From: Sedimentisphaerales bacterium
GTDB taxonomy: Bacteria > Planctomycetota > Phycisphaerae > Sedimentisphaerales > Anaerobacaceae
Assembly (NCBI GenBank): GCA_963708075.1
Contig: OY970194.1
Coordinates: forward strand, 6,112,001-6,176,000
Reading direction: 5' to 3'
DNA: 64,000 bases
Shown here: piece after piece, positions 18,468 to 28,925 of the stretch
How positions within the stretch are numbered: position 1 is the first letter of the stretch
How the letters are laid out: each line of letters opens with the position of its first letter
Notes under the pieces: model-generated
The model's input: only the letters and a program-made list of their open reading frames with translations
Database searches by the model: none
What the model was told of the DNA's origin: nothing
Translations under genes and position numbers: made by a program

Positions 18468-20447
18468 CTATTGGCTGCTGCGACCGGGGCGACTGGCACG
18501 GTAGGCCCAGAGGGCGATCGCCAAGAGGACAATCAGGCCGATCCAGGCGCCGCTGGTTCCAATCCACGTGCGCAGCGTCGGCAGGAATGAGGCTGCTTTC
18601 TGCTGCCAGAGGCTCGTGAGCGGAAGCTCCAATCCTCGGCTCTTCATGAGCACGACGGGGATTGCGACGATAATGCCCATTAAGGCCTCGCCGGTGATCA
18701 AGCCGGAGGCGAAAAGCACGCTTCTTTGCTCGGAATCTTCCTGCGCCTCCTTGCTTGCCCGCAATCTGACGAGAGCTCGCTTGACGATTGTCGCGATAGC
18801 GCCGCCGATGAAGATCGTCACCGATTGAGAAAATGGCAGGTAAAAACCGATGGCCACCGCAAGGACCGGTGTGCGGAAGGTGCTGCCTTTGCGTTCGAGG
18901 ATCGCGTTGAGGACGATCAGACTGACGGCGACCCCCATACCGATAAAGATGAACGTCCAGGGCAGCCCGCCTTGAAAGACGCCCTTGGCGACGGCGGCCA
19001 TGACGTTGGCCTGTGGCGCGGGCAGCGGTCTGGCTGCCGGAGCGGCCTGGCCCGCAAAGCCGTAAGCGTGCTGCAACAGCGTGAGCACCGGGGCGATCAC
19101 GGCGGCGCCCGTGAGGGTGCCGATGCCCAGCATGACCTGCTGCTTCCAAGGCGTGGCGCCGACGATGTAGCCGGTCTTGAGGTCCTGCAGATTGTCCCCC
19201 GCAATGGAGGCGGCGCAACAGACCACGGCGCCGATTACAATGGCCGCCGCCGGACCGATGGGCGCCCCCTTGCCGATCAGGAGCATCAGGAAAAAGGCGG
19301 AGAACACGATGGTGGTAATCGTGACGCCGGAGATCGGGTTGTTGCTCGATCCAACAAGGCCCGCCATGTACCCGGCCACGGCGGAGAAGGCAAACCCGGC
19401 GATGAGCATGAGCACGGCCATCGCTATGGACACGGGCAGTCTCTGAACAAAGGCGTGGTACACGAAGAATAGCGGAATCACCGACAGGACCATCAGGATG
19501 AGAATCCATTTCATGGGCAGGTCGCGCTCTGTGCGTGGGATTTCCGTTACGGCCTGGCCGGCGCCATCGACCGTGCGATACGCCTGCAGGCCGCTGGTGA
19601 CGCCCTTGAGGAGGGTCTTTCGCATCTTGAAGACAGTCCACAGGCCGCCAACGAGCATGGCGCCCACGCCGATGTATCGCGTCTGGTCCCTCCAGATCTG
19701 ATCCGCCCAGGCGGCCACGGAGAGATCCTCGGGCTTGGGGTGGAAGTGCGAATAGATGGGGATGGCGATCAGCCAGTTGCAGGCGCCGCCGAGGAACATC
19801 AGGATGCCGATATTGAGCCCGACGATCAGGCCGACAGCGAGCAGGGCCGGACTGAGCGTCACGCCAAACGCCGTGACACTCGAGCCGATGGCCCGGCTGA
19901 CCTGGAGTCTCTCGGGCCACAGGCCCACGAGGTCGCCGAACACCTTGAATAATCCGCCGGCCAGGCCGGTGCGGACGATCTGGCGAAGGCCCTCCGGACC
20001 CATCTGGCCGCTCTCCAGGACCTTGGCCGTGGCGATGCCCTCGGGGAACTGCAGCTCGCTTCCCACGATGAAACTTCGCCGCAGCGGGATGGTGAAGAGC
20101 ACGCCGAGCACGCCGCCGAAGCCGGCGATGATCGTGACCCACTTGTAGTCGAACGTCTGCCAGGTCCCCAGCAGAATCAGGGCCGGCAGCGTGAAGATAC
20201 AGCCGGCGGCGATGGCTTCGCCGGCGCTGGCGCAGGTCTGCACGATGTTGTTTTCGAGGATGTTGTTGCGTTTGAAGAACCGCAGGACGCCCATGGAGAT
20301 GACCGCCGCGGGGATCGTGGCCGATACCGTCATGCCGGCAAACAGGCCTAGGTAGGCGTTGGCCGCCGCCAGGATCGCCGCCAGCAGCATGCCCAGGATC
20401 ACGCCTTTGATTGTGATTTCGGGAAGTGAGTTGTTCAGTCTATCCAT
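18468..20447 (-). CDS. OPT family oligopeptide transporter
   Basis: ANAYLGLFAG; ENNIVQT; LQFPEG; DNLQDLKTG; many TM helices. Confidence 0.92.
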   Translation of the reverse strand: MDRLNNSLPEITIKGVILGMLLAAILAAANAYLGLFAGMTVSATIPAAVISMGVLRFFKRNNILENNIVQTCASAGEAIAAGCIFTLPALILLGTWQTFDYKWVTIIAGFGGVLGVLFTIPLRRSFIVGSELQFPEGIATAKVLESGQMGPEGLRQIVRTGLAGGLFKVFGDLVGLWPERLQVSRAIGSSVTAFGVTLSPALLAVGLIVGLNIGILMFLGGACNWLIAIPIYSHFHPKPEDLSVAAWADQIWRDQTRYIGVGAMLVGGLWTVFKMRKTLLKGVTSGLQAYRTVDGAGQAVTEIPRTERDLPMKWILILMVLSVIPLFFVYHAFVQRLPVSIAMAVLMLIAGFAFSAVAGYMAGLVGSSNNPISGVTITTIVFSAFFLMLLIGKGAPIGPAAAIVIGAVVCCAASIAGDNLQDLKTGYIVGATPWKQQVMLGIGTLTGAAVIAPVLTLLQHAYGFAGQAAPAARPLPAPQANVMAAVAKGVFQGGLPWTFIFIGMGVAVSLIVLNAILERKGSTFRTPVLAVAIGFYLPFSQSVTIFIGGAIATIVKRALVRLRASKEAQEDSEQRSVLFASGLITGEALMGIIVAIPVVLMKSRGLELPLTSLWQQKAASFLPTLRTWIGTSGAWIGLIVLLAIALWAYRASRPGRSSQ

Positions 20448-20498
20448 TCTGTATCGATCTCCTTAACCTTTTGGCCTGTCAATTCGGCGTGCTCATTG

Positions 20499-22178
20499 TC
20501 ACTTCACGAACTGTTGCACGAAGTACTTGGCTGTGAGCGGCTCGCTGGTGGCGCGTTCGATCATCTTGTTCCACGGGTAGAGGTTGCCGGCGTGGAAGAC
20601 GTTCTCTCTCAAGAATTGGCCGGCCTTTTCCTGGCCGATGTAGCTGACGTTCTTGTCCGACTTGAGGGCGAGCACCTTCGAGACGACGTGGTGGTGCAGT
20701 TGCGAGGCCAGCATTTCGCCGAGCATGTAGTTGTGGTAGTAGCATGGGGCGGCGGAGAAGTGAATCTTGGCGGCCCAGTCCGGATCGGTCCGGCCGGCCG
20801 GCCGTTTCACAAGCTGGTACTTCTCGACGAGGCTCCACCACAGGGCCGTCAGGTCCTGGTCGGGATTGGCGTACAGTCCTTTCTCGAAGTTGTACATGAC
20901 CATGGCCCAGCGGGCGAAGATGAGCTGCTTGAGCTGGGCGTACTTGCCGCTGACCTTCTCGATTTCGGCTTGCTGGGCCTTGGACAGGCCGAGCGTCTGC
21001 TGCATCCAGGCGGGATTGCGGCTGAGCCGGCCGAAGAACATGGCCATTGCCTCGGTCGTGAAGGCATGGGCCGGAGAGCGGAGCAGGTACGGCGTACTGT
21101 AATCGAGGTACTTGTCGTACACGCCGTGGCCCAGCTCGTGCAGGATCGTCTCCATCCAGTATTCATCGTTCTTGAGATTGCACAGGACTCGCACGTCGCC
21201 CTCGCGGTCGATGTGCGTGCAAAACGCGTGGGGGTTCTTGCCCTCTTTCTCATAAAGGTCACTATTGGCCAGGATCGCCTCGACCGGCAGGCCGATGCCC
21301 GCGTAGAAGCCTTCGGCCAGCTTCTTGACGTCCTTGTCCTTATAGTAGGTGTCGAGGTCGAGGTCATAGACCATCGGCGTCTCCTGGAAGAACGGGTCAT
21401 GGTAGTGCCAGGGCATCAGCTTGTCGGGCTTGATGCCATACTTCCTGGCCAGCGTGCGGTCCAGGTCAGCCTTCAACGCGGCGAAGGGCTTGTTGGTCAG
21501 CTCGTACAACTCGTTGAAGATCTTGTCCAACTCTTTGACATCCTGCTCGCCGGTGGCCAGGGCCATCGTGTGGTAGTTGTCGAAGCCGAGCTTGCGAGCG
21601 GCCTCATTGCGCAGCTTGACCAGCCGGACCAGGTCCGCCGCGACGACCTGCCCGACCTGCTTGCTCGCCAGCCACGCCTTCTCCCGTTTGGCGGAATCCG
21701 TCTCGCTCTTGAGGATGCCCTTGATCTCGTTGTCGGTGACTTTCTTGCCGTCGATGGAACCGCGGGACGTGCTGAAGTTCTTCTCGATCTGCGTGCCCAG
21801 CTCGACGATCTGCTTGAGCAGGTCCGGCTCGATCTGGTTCGACAGGTAGGCGTTGTAGAGCACCGTCAACTGCCGGGCGAGCAGGGGGTCGGCGATCTGA
21901 CCCGATTCTTTGAACCCCTTGAGCGACGCGAACTCACTCGGGTTGCTGTACACCTGGCGAAGCTGCAGGGTCAGCTCGCTGTTGCGGTCGTACGCCTTCG
22001 GGTCGCCCGTGACCGCCGCATCCCACCAAGCCAGGTTCATCTGCTTTTCCATGGGCTTGATCTTCTCGACGTGTGCGGTGATGAAGTCCTTCAATTGAGT
22101 CTCCTTCTCATTCAGAGCATACCCCTGCGTGGTCAGTCCCATCGCAAGCAATCCCATCGCTACGTACCAGTTTCTCAT
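20499..22178 (-). CDS. Secreted M2/M3-clan zinc metallopeptidase
   Basis: Signal peptide; HELGH; TEAMA; WAAKIH...YYHNY. Confidence 0.85.
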   Translation of the reverse strand: MRNWYVAMGLLAMGLTTQGYALNEKETQLKDFITAHVEKIKPMEKQMNLAWWDAAVTGDPKAYDRNSELTLQLRQVYSNPSEFASLKGFKESGQIADPLLARQLTVLYNAYLSNQIEPDLLKQIVELGTQIEKNFSTSRGSIDGKKVTDNEIKGILKSETDSAKREKAWLASKQVGQVVAADLVRLVKLRNEAARKLGFDNYHTMALATGEQDVKELDKIFNELYELTNKPFAALKADLDRTLARKYGIKPDKLMPWHYHDPFFQETPMVYDLDLDTYYKDKDVKKLAEGFYAGIGLPVEAILANSDLYEKEGKNPHAFCTHIDREGDVRVLCNLKNDEYWMETILHELGHGVYDKYLDYSTPYLLRSPAHAFTTEAMAMFFGRLSRNPAWMQQTLGLSKAQQAEIEKVSGKYAQLKQLIFARWAMVMYNFEKGLYANPDQDLTALWWSLVEKYQLVKRPAGRTDPDWAAKIHFSAAPCYYHNYMLGEMLASQLHHHVVSKVLALKSDKNVSYIGQEKAGQFLRENVFHAGNLYPWNKMIERATSEPLTAKYFVQQFVK

Positions 22179-22246
22179 TTTGTCGCACTCCCTAAAGCCG
22201 ACTTGCTATTCCCATACTCTGCGCCCCGGTCAAGGCGACGAACAAT

Positions 22247-22338
22247 GGGTGGCAGCGGCAAGCGAAGCCTGCGGAGCTTGCCGATGGTCCTTGCATACAC
22301 AGACGCCATCGGCAAGCTGGCGCTTGCCGCTGCCACCC
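22247..22338. repeat. REP-like palindromic doublet (GGGTGGCAGCGGCAAG family)
   Basis: Terminal inverted repeat GGGTGGCAGCGGCAAG / CTTGCCGCTGCCACCC; second copy at 33896-33979. Confidence 0.8.
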
Positions 22339-22392
22339 GCCACAAGTTCAAGATGCGCAGTACTAGCCATTGTCTTCATTCTGCCGGCCAGA

Positions 22393-25300
22393 TCAGTTCG
22401 CATCGGCCGAGCGATTTGGATACGCCGGCTTCTTGGGCCTCTTTGGCGGCTCCTTGTCCAGCAGCTTGAGAGCCACGCTGATTCCTCTCTCGAGTTGCGG
22501 GTCGTGTCCGGCCACCAGCTCATGCGGAGCGTTCTCGACCTCGTAGTCGGGATCGACGCCGTAGCCCTCGACCGTCCAGCCGTTGTCATTGTATATGCCG
22601 AACGTCGGGGCTGAGACGAAGCCGCCATCGATCAGTTGCGGATTGCCGCTGATGCCGATCAGGCCGCCCCAGGTCCGCGTGCCCACCAGCGGCCCGAGCC
22701 CGGCCTCACGGAAGTAATATGGGAACGCGTCACCGCCCGAGCCGGACCAGCCGTTGATGAGCATCACTTTCGGCCCGGTATGCGAAACCGATGGTGTCTG
22801 CCAATCCCTGTGGTCACGCCGGGCCCAGTAGTTGTAGGTCGGGCGCCGGAGCAACTCGACGAACCGATCGGGGATCTGGCCGCCGCTGTTGAATCGCTCG
22901 TCGATGATGAGGGCGTCCTTGCCCCATTGGGGTGTGAACTGCCGGACAAGCTCATTCTGGCCGTTCCTGCCTGTGTCCGGCACGTAGATGTACCCGACGC
23001 GGCCTTGTGTGGCCTCCTCGACCTTCCTGCGATTGCCCTCGATCCAGGCGAGGTTGCGGAGGCGAAATTCGCTCGACATCGGCTGGACCAGGACATCATT
23101 CGTATCGTTCACGTCCGCCGTGTGGCTGATCGTCAGCCGCACCGTCTCGTCGGCGAGACCCTGGAACGCGGCCCAGGGGTCCATGGCGGTGTCCACCCGC
23201 CGGCCGTTGACGGCCAGCAGGTAGTCGCCCTCGCGCACATCCACGCCGGGGCAGCATAACGGCGAGCGGACTTCAGCATCCCACGCAGCACCCCTGTAGA
23301 TCTTGCTGATACGATAGGCATTGGCCTTCTTATCCGGCTCGAAGTCGCAGCCGAGCAGGCCGACGGCCAGGCGTGACGGCTGTTCCATGTCGCCGCCACG
23401 GACGTAGGTGTGCGAGCAGTTCAACTCTGCGATCATCTCGCCGATCACATAGTTGAGATCTTCCCGGTCCACGATGTAGGGCAGCAGGGCGGCATAGCGG
23501 TCCCTGGTCGCGTTCCAATCGACGCCGTGCATGCCGGGATCGTAGAAGTAGTCCCGCTGAATTCGCCAGGCCTCCGCGAACATCTGCCGCCATTCCTCCT
23601 GTGGATTGATCCAGGCTTTGAGGTCGCCCGAGGCGATCTTGCCGTCGCCGACTTTCTTGTTCTCGGCGATATCGATGATGCCGTATGTGGACCGGCTCTC
23701 GTAGAGGACCTTCTTGCCATCGGCGGATACCTCATAGTTGCCGATGCCGTCGATAACCGTCTTCTCCTCGCGTTCCTTCAGGTCGTAGTAGAGCAGCTTG
23801 CCCGACGGCTCACCCGGCTTGCCCGCTCCTTCCGGCAGCCGTCGCAGGAATAGCAGCTTGCCTTCGACGCTGTGTAGTGCCCCGATTCGGCCCGCCTGGA
23901 TGGGCAGCTCGACGACACGGCCTTCAAAACCATCAAAGTCGATCTTGACCGGCTCGACCTTTTTCTCCGCCTTTTCATCCTTCTCACTGTCTTTCTTCTT
24001 CTCCTCAGGCGCGTTCGGATCGGCCTTCTTTTCCTCGTCCTTTTCGTCCTTCTGGTCCTTTTTATCCTTGTCCTTCTTGCCTTCCTCCTCATCGCTGCGA
24101 GGCGCCAGCGGCGACTCGATGTCCTTTTGCAGCGTCACGGCGTACACCCGCGTCGAATTCGGGTAGATCCACGTCGCGTCCATGTCGCCATAAACGGGAT
24201 TGAACGCCCGGTTGGAGCGGAAGAACAGGTATTTGCCGCCGGCGTCGAAAACAGGACCCGTGTTGTCGTAGAAGTCGCTGGTGACCTGCCGGACCGTGCC
24301 CTCGTTGACATCATAGACTGCGATGTTGCCGTTGCGGTTGGCCCCGCGTTTGGAGTAGGTGAGCCAGCGGCTGTCGGGCGACCAGCCGTAGGATTCCATT
24401 TCTTCCCACTCATCCTTGTCGACGAACTTGATTTCACCGCTGTCGATCTCGACGAGGAACAGGCTGCCTGTCTTATCGCTGAAGGCGACCTGTTTACTGT
24501 CGGGGGACCAGATGGGCAGGTAGCGGAAGGCCGTGCCACCTTGCGTGATCTGCTTCTCCTGACCCTTGCCGTCGCCCGGGCGGATGTACAGCTCGTACTC
24601 GCCGGTTTTATCGGAGAAGTACGCGATGTGCTTGCCATCCGGCGACCAGGTTGGGTATCGCTCCGCGATGCCCGAGGTATTGGTCAGGTTGCGCACGCTG
24701 CCGTGTTTCTCGGGCACGGTGAACAGCTCGCCCCGAGCCTCGAAAATCGCCCGTTTGCCGCTGGGGGAGAGTAAGCAGCTCTCGATGCGATCTGAGACGC
24801 TCTTGAGCACCGGGCGCGTCTGCGGCAGGTCGCAGGGAACGCGGATCTTCAACGGCTGCGATTTCTCCGTGGCCAGGTCCAGCAGGTGCAGCGCGCCGCC
24901 GTTCTCGAAGACGATCGCATCAGGCCCAATGCTTGGCCACTTCACGTCGTAGTCCGTGAAATTCGTGACCTGCCGGGTCTTTCTCGTCTTGAGATCATAC
25001 GCCCAGAGGTTGAGCCTCTTGTGCCCATCCCGGTCGGACATGAAGTAGATCGTATCTCCGTGCCACATCGGCACGGCGTCGGTGCCCGCGAAGTCCGTGA
25101 TTTTCTCCGAGGTATTGTTGACGAAGTCATAGAGCCACAGATCGCTGGCCATGCCGCCCTGGTAGCGCTTCCACGTGCGGAACTCGCAGGAGATGAATTG
25201 GAAGGCCATGCGCGTGCCGTCGGGGCTGAAGCTTGCCAGTTCGGCGTAGGGCAGGGGCAGCGTCTGCGGCAGGCCGCCCTCCACCGGTTGCTTGAAGAAC

Positions 25301-25728
25301 CGATTGAATCGCATCGACGGGCTGGCCATCGTGGACCGGTAGAGGATGTCCTTGCCGTCCGGATACCATTCCACGACCATGTCCGTATCGGGATGGTGGG
25401 TCAGCCGGCTGGGTGCGCCGCCCTGGGCCGAGATGGTGTAGATGTCCGTATTGCCGTCATAGTTGCCGCTGAAGGCGATGAGCGAGCCGTCCGGCGAGAA
25501 CTTCGGGAGCATTTCCTGCCCCTTGGGCGAGCTGAGCCGCCGGGCTGTGCCGCCTTGTTTCGCGACGATCCACAAGTCGCCCGCATAGACGAAGACGATC
25601 TCGTCCTTGCTGACATCCGGGAACCGCAGCATTCTCGCGTCCGGCGTGTGGATCGGGTCCTGCGGCTGGCCGGCAAATCCTGCGGCCGAGAATAGAATTG
25701 TCGCGATCAGGATCGGCGCATACTTCAT
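22393..25728 (-). CDS. Tricorn protease (S41) with PD40 propellers and PDZ domain
   Basis: IVFVYAGDLW; PD40 repeats; ELNCSH; SGSGGDAFP; GTRTWGG. Confidence 0.93.
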   Translation of the reverse strand: MKYAPILIATILFSAAGFAGQPQDPIHTPDARMLRFPDVSKDEIVFVYAGDLWIVAKQGGTARRLSSPKGQEMLPKFSPDGSLIAFSGNYDGNTDIYTISAQGGAPSRLTHHPDTDMVVEWYPDGKDILYRSTMASPSMRFNRFFKQPVEGGLPQTLPLPYAELASFSPDGTRMAFQFISCEFRTWKRYQGGMASDLWLYDFVNNTSEKITDFAGTDAVPMWHGDTIYFMSDRDGHKRLNLWAYDLKTRKTRQVTNFTDYDVKWPSIGPDAIVFENGGALHLLDLATEKSQPLKIRVPCDLPQTRPVLKSVSDRIESCLLSPSGKRAIFEARGELFTVPEKHGSVRNLTNTSGIAERYPTWSPDGKHIAYFSDKTGEYELYIRPGDGKGQEKQITQGGTAFRYLPIWSPDSKQVAFSDKTGSLFLVEIDSGEIKFVDKDEWEEMESYGWSPDSRWLTYSKRGANRNGNIAVYDVNEGTVRQVTSDFYDNTGPVFDAGGKYLFFRSNRAFNPVYGDMDATWIYPNSTRVYAVTLQKDIESPLAPRSDEEEGKKDKDKKDQKDEKDEEKKADPNAPEEKKKDSEKDEKAEKKVEPVKIDFDGFEGRVVELPIQAGRIGALHSVEGKLLFLRRLPEGAGKPGEPSGKLLYYDLKEREEKTVIDGIGNYEVSADGKKVLYESRSTYGIIDIAENKKVGDGKIASGDLKAWINPQEEWRQMFAEAWRIQRDYFYDPGMHGVDWNATRDRYAALLPYIVDREDLNYVIGEMIAELNCSHTYVRGGDMEQPSRLAVGLLGCDFEPDKKANAYRISKIYRGAAWDAEVRSPLCCPGVDVREGDYLLAVNGRRVDTAMDPWAAFQGLADETVRLTISHTADVNDTNDVLVQPMSSEFRLRNLAWIEGNRRKVEEATQGRVGYIYVPDTGRNGQNELVRQFTPQWGKDALIIDERFNSGGQIPDRFVELLRRPTYNYWARRDHRDWQTPSVSHTGPKVMLINGWSGSGGDAFPYYFREAGLGPLVGTRTWGGLIGISGNPQLIDGGFVSAPTFGIYNDNGWTVEGYGVDPDYEVENAPHELVAGHDPQLERGISVALKLLDKEPPKRPKKPAYPNRSADAN

Positions 25729-25921
25729 TGCATCTCCTTGCCCCTCACGGCGTATGCCTGTATTCCTTTACGTCCGCCAGATACTATCACCTCCCCGTCG
25801 CCAAGGCAAGGCCGCTGCCCGACCACTTGGGGGTAGCATCGGGATTTGTTTGATGCTTGTGGGCGGTACGGGTATTATGGCCGGCAATTGGTTAGGGGGA
25901 CGGCCTGCTCGATGAGCAAGG

Positions 25922-27292
25922 ATGGTACAGGAGCAACACGGAACGAACATGGCCCGACGCGAATACGTGACCGCACCGCTGCCCACGAAAAAGATGCCGC
26001 CCGGCATCCCGTACATCTTCGTCAACGAAGCGGCGGAACGTTTTGCCTTCTACGGCATGACTTCGATCCTCGTGGTCTTCATGACATCCTTCCTGAGGGG
26101 CCCGGCCGGCGTCCTCAGCGACGAGCAGGCGACGGAGTGGTTTCACTGGTTCACTTCCGCCGCGTATTTTCTGCCCTTCGTGGGGGCATTGATCTCCGAT
26201 ATCTGGCTGGCTAAGTACAGGACCATCATTTACTTTTCGCTGGCCTACTGCGTCGGGCTGATCGCGATGACTGTGGACGATACGCGTCTGGGCCTTGGGC
26301 TGGGCCTGATCCTGACGGCGGTTGGCTCGGGGATCATCAAGCCCTGTGTCGCCGCGAATGTGGGCGACCAGTTCGGGGAGATGAATAAGCACCTGCTATC
26401 CAAGTTCTACGGATGGTTCTACTTTGCCATTAATCTCGGCGCCGCCATTTCCATGTTCCTGTGCCCGTGGCTGCTGCATCGGTCCGGCCCGTTCGCGGCA
26501 TTCGGCGTCCCGGCGGCCCTCATGATCGTGGCCACAGTCGCTTACTGGACGGGCCGAAGGAAGCTCGTCCACATTCCGCCCGCCGGCTCGCGATTCCTCA
26601 GACAGACCTTCAGTAGCGAAGGGCTCAGGGTGATCGGCAGGCTCTCGCTGATTTATGTGTTCATTCTGATGTTCTGGGCCCTGTACAACCAGTCGCAATC
26701 GGCCTGGGTCCTGCAGGCCCGGAGCATGAACCTGCGATGGCTCGGGTTCACCTGGTTGCCCGAGTGGCCGCAGGCGATCAACGCCGTACTGGTCATGGCC
26801 ATGATTCCCCTGTTCTCCTACGCGATCTATCCGGCCATCGAGAAGGTCGTGCCTCTCACCTCGCTCCGAAAAATTGCCATCGGCCTGTTCGTCACCGCCT
26901 TGTCGTTCGTCGTCTCCGCATGGATCGAGATGCGGATCGCCGGCGGGTTCAAGCCGAGTCTCGGCTGGCAGGGCCTCGCTTATGTGTTTCTGACGGCCGC
27001 CGAGATCATGGTCTCGATCACCGCCCTGGAGTTCTCCTATACCCAGGCGCCGAAGGAGATGAAGTCGCTCGTTCAGGCGATCTTCCTCCTGTCCATTTCC
27101 CTGGGCAACGCGTTCACCGCTGTCGTCAACTGGTTCATCCGCAACGAGGACGGCACGAGCAAACTCTCGGGGCCGGGCTACTACTGGTTCTTTGTGATCG
27201 CGATGCTTGCCGCGGCGGTGCTCTTCATCCCGGTCGCGCGGTGGTACCGGCCGCGAGACTACATCCAGGACGAAGCCCCCGTCGAAACGTGA
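25922..27292 (+). CDS. POT/PTR family proton-dependent peptide transporter (start may be 25949)
   Basis: EAAERFAFYG (ExxERF); GSGIIKP; FYFAINLG; EFSYTQAP. Confidence 0.92.
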   Translation: MVQEQHGTNMARREYVTAPLPTKKMPPGIPYIFVNEAAERFAFYGMTSILVVFMTSFLRGPAGVLSDEQATEWFHWFTSAAYFLPFVGALISDIWLAKYRTIIYFSLAYCVGLIAMTVDDTRLGLGLGLILTAVGSGIIKPCVAANVGDQFGEMNKHLLSKFYGWFYFAINLGAAISMFLCPWLLHRSGPFAAFGVPAALMIVATVAYWTGRRKLVHIPPAGSRFLRQTFSSEGLRVIGRLSLIYVFILMFWALYNQSQSAWVLQARSMNLRWLGFTWLPEWPQAINAVLVMAMIPLFSYAIYPAIEKVVPLTSLRKIAIGLFVTALSFVVSAWIEMRIAGGFKPSLGWQGLAYVFLTAAEIMVSITALEFSYTQAPKEMKSLVQAIFLLSISLGNAFTAVVNWFIRNEDGTSKLSGPGYYWFFVIAMLAAAVLFIPVARWYRPRDYIQDEAPVET

Positions 27293-27303
27293 TTTCGCAA
27301 CTT

Positions 27304-27389
27304 TGCAGGCTGTGCTGTGCACACCATTTGTCTTTGCATTGGCGGTTCGGGTGTTAGCGCAAAGATCAGTGTGCACAGCACGGCCTGCA
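27304..27389. repeat. REP-like inverted doublet
   Basis: TGCAGGCTGTGCTGTGCACAC ... GTGTGCACAGCACGGCCTGCA. Confidence 0.65.
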
Positions 27390-27534
27390 GACACGCCTTT
27401 GTCACAATCCTCCCGTGTATGCGGCATGCAAGATCGGACGAGTTTTTGCGTTGCCGGTTGGACCCTATTGCAGTAAGACTATAGGGCACGTGACGACCAG
27501 GGTACATTCTCTCTGCGTTTTGGAGTCCTGAACG

Positions 27535-28866
27535 ATGGCAGATAGGTTACGGGCGTCGAAATACCTCGCGTGGCTCTCAGTCCTTCTGGCGGTGACAGCG
27601 ATTGTGATGCTTGTGATGGGCTACCGGTCCGAGGTCGGGCCATTTGTGGTGGGGGCGCTGGCATCACTTGCGTTGTTCTGCATGGGCCACCATTTCCTGA
27701 AGAGCTATGCTTTTACGGTCTGGGTCTTCGCATTCGTTGCCGCCTCGATGTTCTATCCTCAAGGCTTCACGGTGTGGGGCTCGTATGAATTGAAGAGTCT
27801 GATAAGCCCGTTGATTCAGATTATCATGTTCGGCATGGGCACGACCCTGAGCCTGGCCGACTTCACGCGGGTCCTCAAGATGCCCTGGCCGGTCTTCATC
27901 GGCTTCTTCCTGCAATTCACGATCATGCCTCTGGTTGGTTTCACGCTGGCCAAGGCTTTCGGTTTCAGCAATGAAATCGCGGCCGGTGTCGTCTTGATCG
28001 GCTGCTGTCCGAGCGGCGTCGCCTCGAATGTGATGGCCTATCTGGCGGGCGGGGACGTCGCGCTATCGGTGACGATCACCTCGTTCACTACCCTGGCCGC
28101 ACCGATCATGACGCCGCTCTGGATGAAGGTCCTGGCCGGCGCGTTCGTCGAGGTCCAATTCCTGAAGATGATGTTCGACATCATCAACGTTATTATCGTC
28201 CCGATCATCGCGGGCGTGGTCGCCCATCGTATCTTGTACAGCCGGCAGCAGGTCTTCAGGCAGAGCTGGACCTTGGCTCTCATGGCGGCGGCTGGGCTCC
28301 TGCTGGCCATCGCCATCCAAGGTTTCGTCCCGGCGACCCTGGTCCAGTATGGTGGCGCCTCCTTTCAGAAGGGTGGTCTCGTCGTGGGCCTGCTGCTCAT
28401 CGCGATTGTGACCTTGGTGAAACTTGTGGTCAGCGTGTGGCTCAGGGCCTCCGAGCGGTGGATGGACAAGGCCCTGCCCATTGTCTCCATGGTGGCGATC
28501 TGCTGCATCATCGCGATCATCACGGCCCAGTCTCGAAACGACCTGCTGACCGTGGGACCCTGGCTGATTGGATCGTCGATGATCCACAACTTCCTCGGTT
28601 ATCTGATGGCGTACTGGCTCGCGCGGGCGATTCGCTTGAACGAAAGCGCGTGCCGGACCGTGGCGTTCGAGGTCGGCATGCAGAATGGTGGAATGGCCTC
28701 CTTCTTAGCCATGAACGTGCTCAAGAGCCCGCAGGCCGCCTTGGCCTCGGCCATCTTCGGGCCCTGGCAGAATATCTCCGGGTCCATCCTGGCCACGTAC
28801 TGGCACCGCAAGCCTGTGAAAGAAACAAAGCCAATTGCGGATTTCGGATTGCAGACGGCGGATTAG
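27535..28866 (+). CDS. Bile acid:sodium symporter (BASS) family transporter
   Basis: IMFGMG; QFTIMP; CPSGVASNV; FEVGMQN. Confidence 0.9.
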   Translation: MADRLRASKYLAWLSVLLAVTAIVMLVMGYRSEVGPFVVGALASLALFCMGHHFLKSYAFTVWVFAFVAASMFYPQGFTVWGSYELKSLISPLIQIIMFGMGTTLSLADFTRVLKMPWPVFIGFFLQFTIMPLVGFTLAKAFGFSNEIAAGVVLIGCCPSGVASNVMAYLAGGDVALSVTITSFTTLAAPIMTPLWMKVLAGAFVEVQFLKMMFDIINVIIVPIIAGVVAHRILYSRQQVFRQSWTLALMAAAGLLLAIAIQGFVPATLVQYGGASFQKGGLVVGLLLIAIVTLVKLVVSVWLRASERWMDKALPIVSMVAICCIIAIITAQSRNDLLTVGPWLIGSSMIHNFLGYLMAYWLARAIRLNESACRTVAFEVGMQNGGMASFLAMNVLKSPQAALASAIFGPWQNISGSILATYWHRKPVKETKPIADFGLQTAD

Positions 28867-28908
28867 CGTCGTAAGCGAATCCGCAATCTGAAATCATCAA
28901 TCCGCAAT
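28834..28908. repeat. Inverted heptamer-repeat hairpin (ATTGCGG / CCGCAAT)
   Basis: ATTGCGG ATTTCGG ATTGCAG ACGGCGG ATT - 13 nt - AAT CCGCAAT CTGAAAT CATCAAT CCGCAAT. Confidence 0.75.
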
Positions 28909-28925
28909 CAAGGTGGGAGCATCTG

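Noticed and set aside
23960..24095. Purine/pyrimidine-biased low-complexity tract
   Set aside because: Encodes the ordinary K/D/E-rich linker of tricorn proteases
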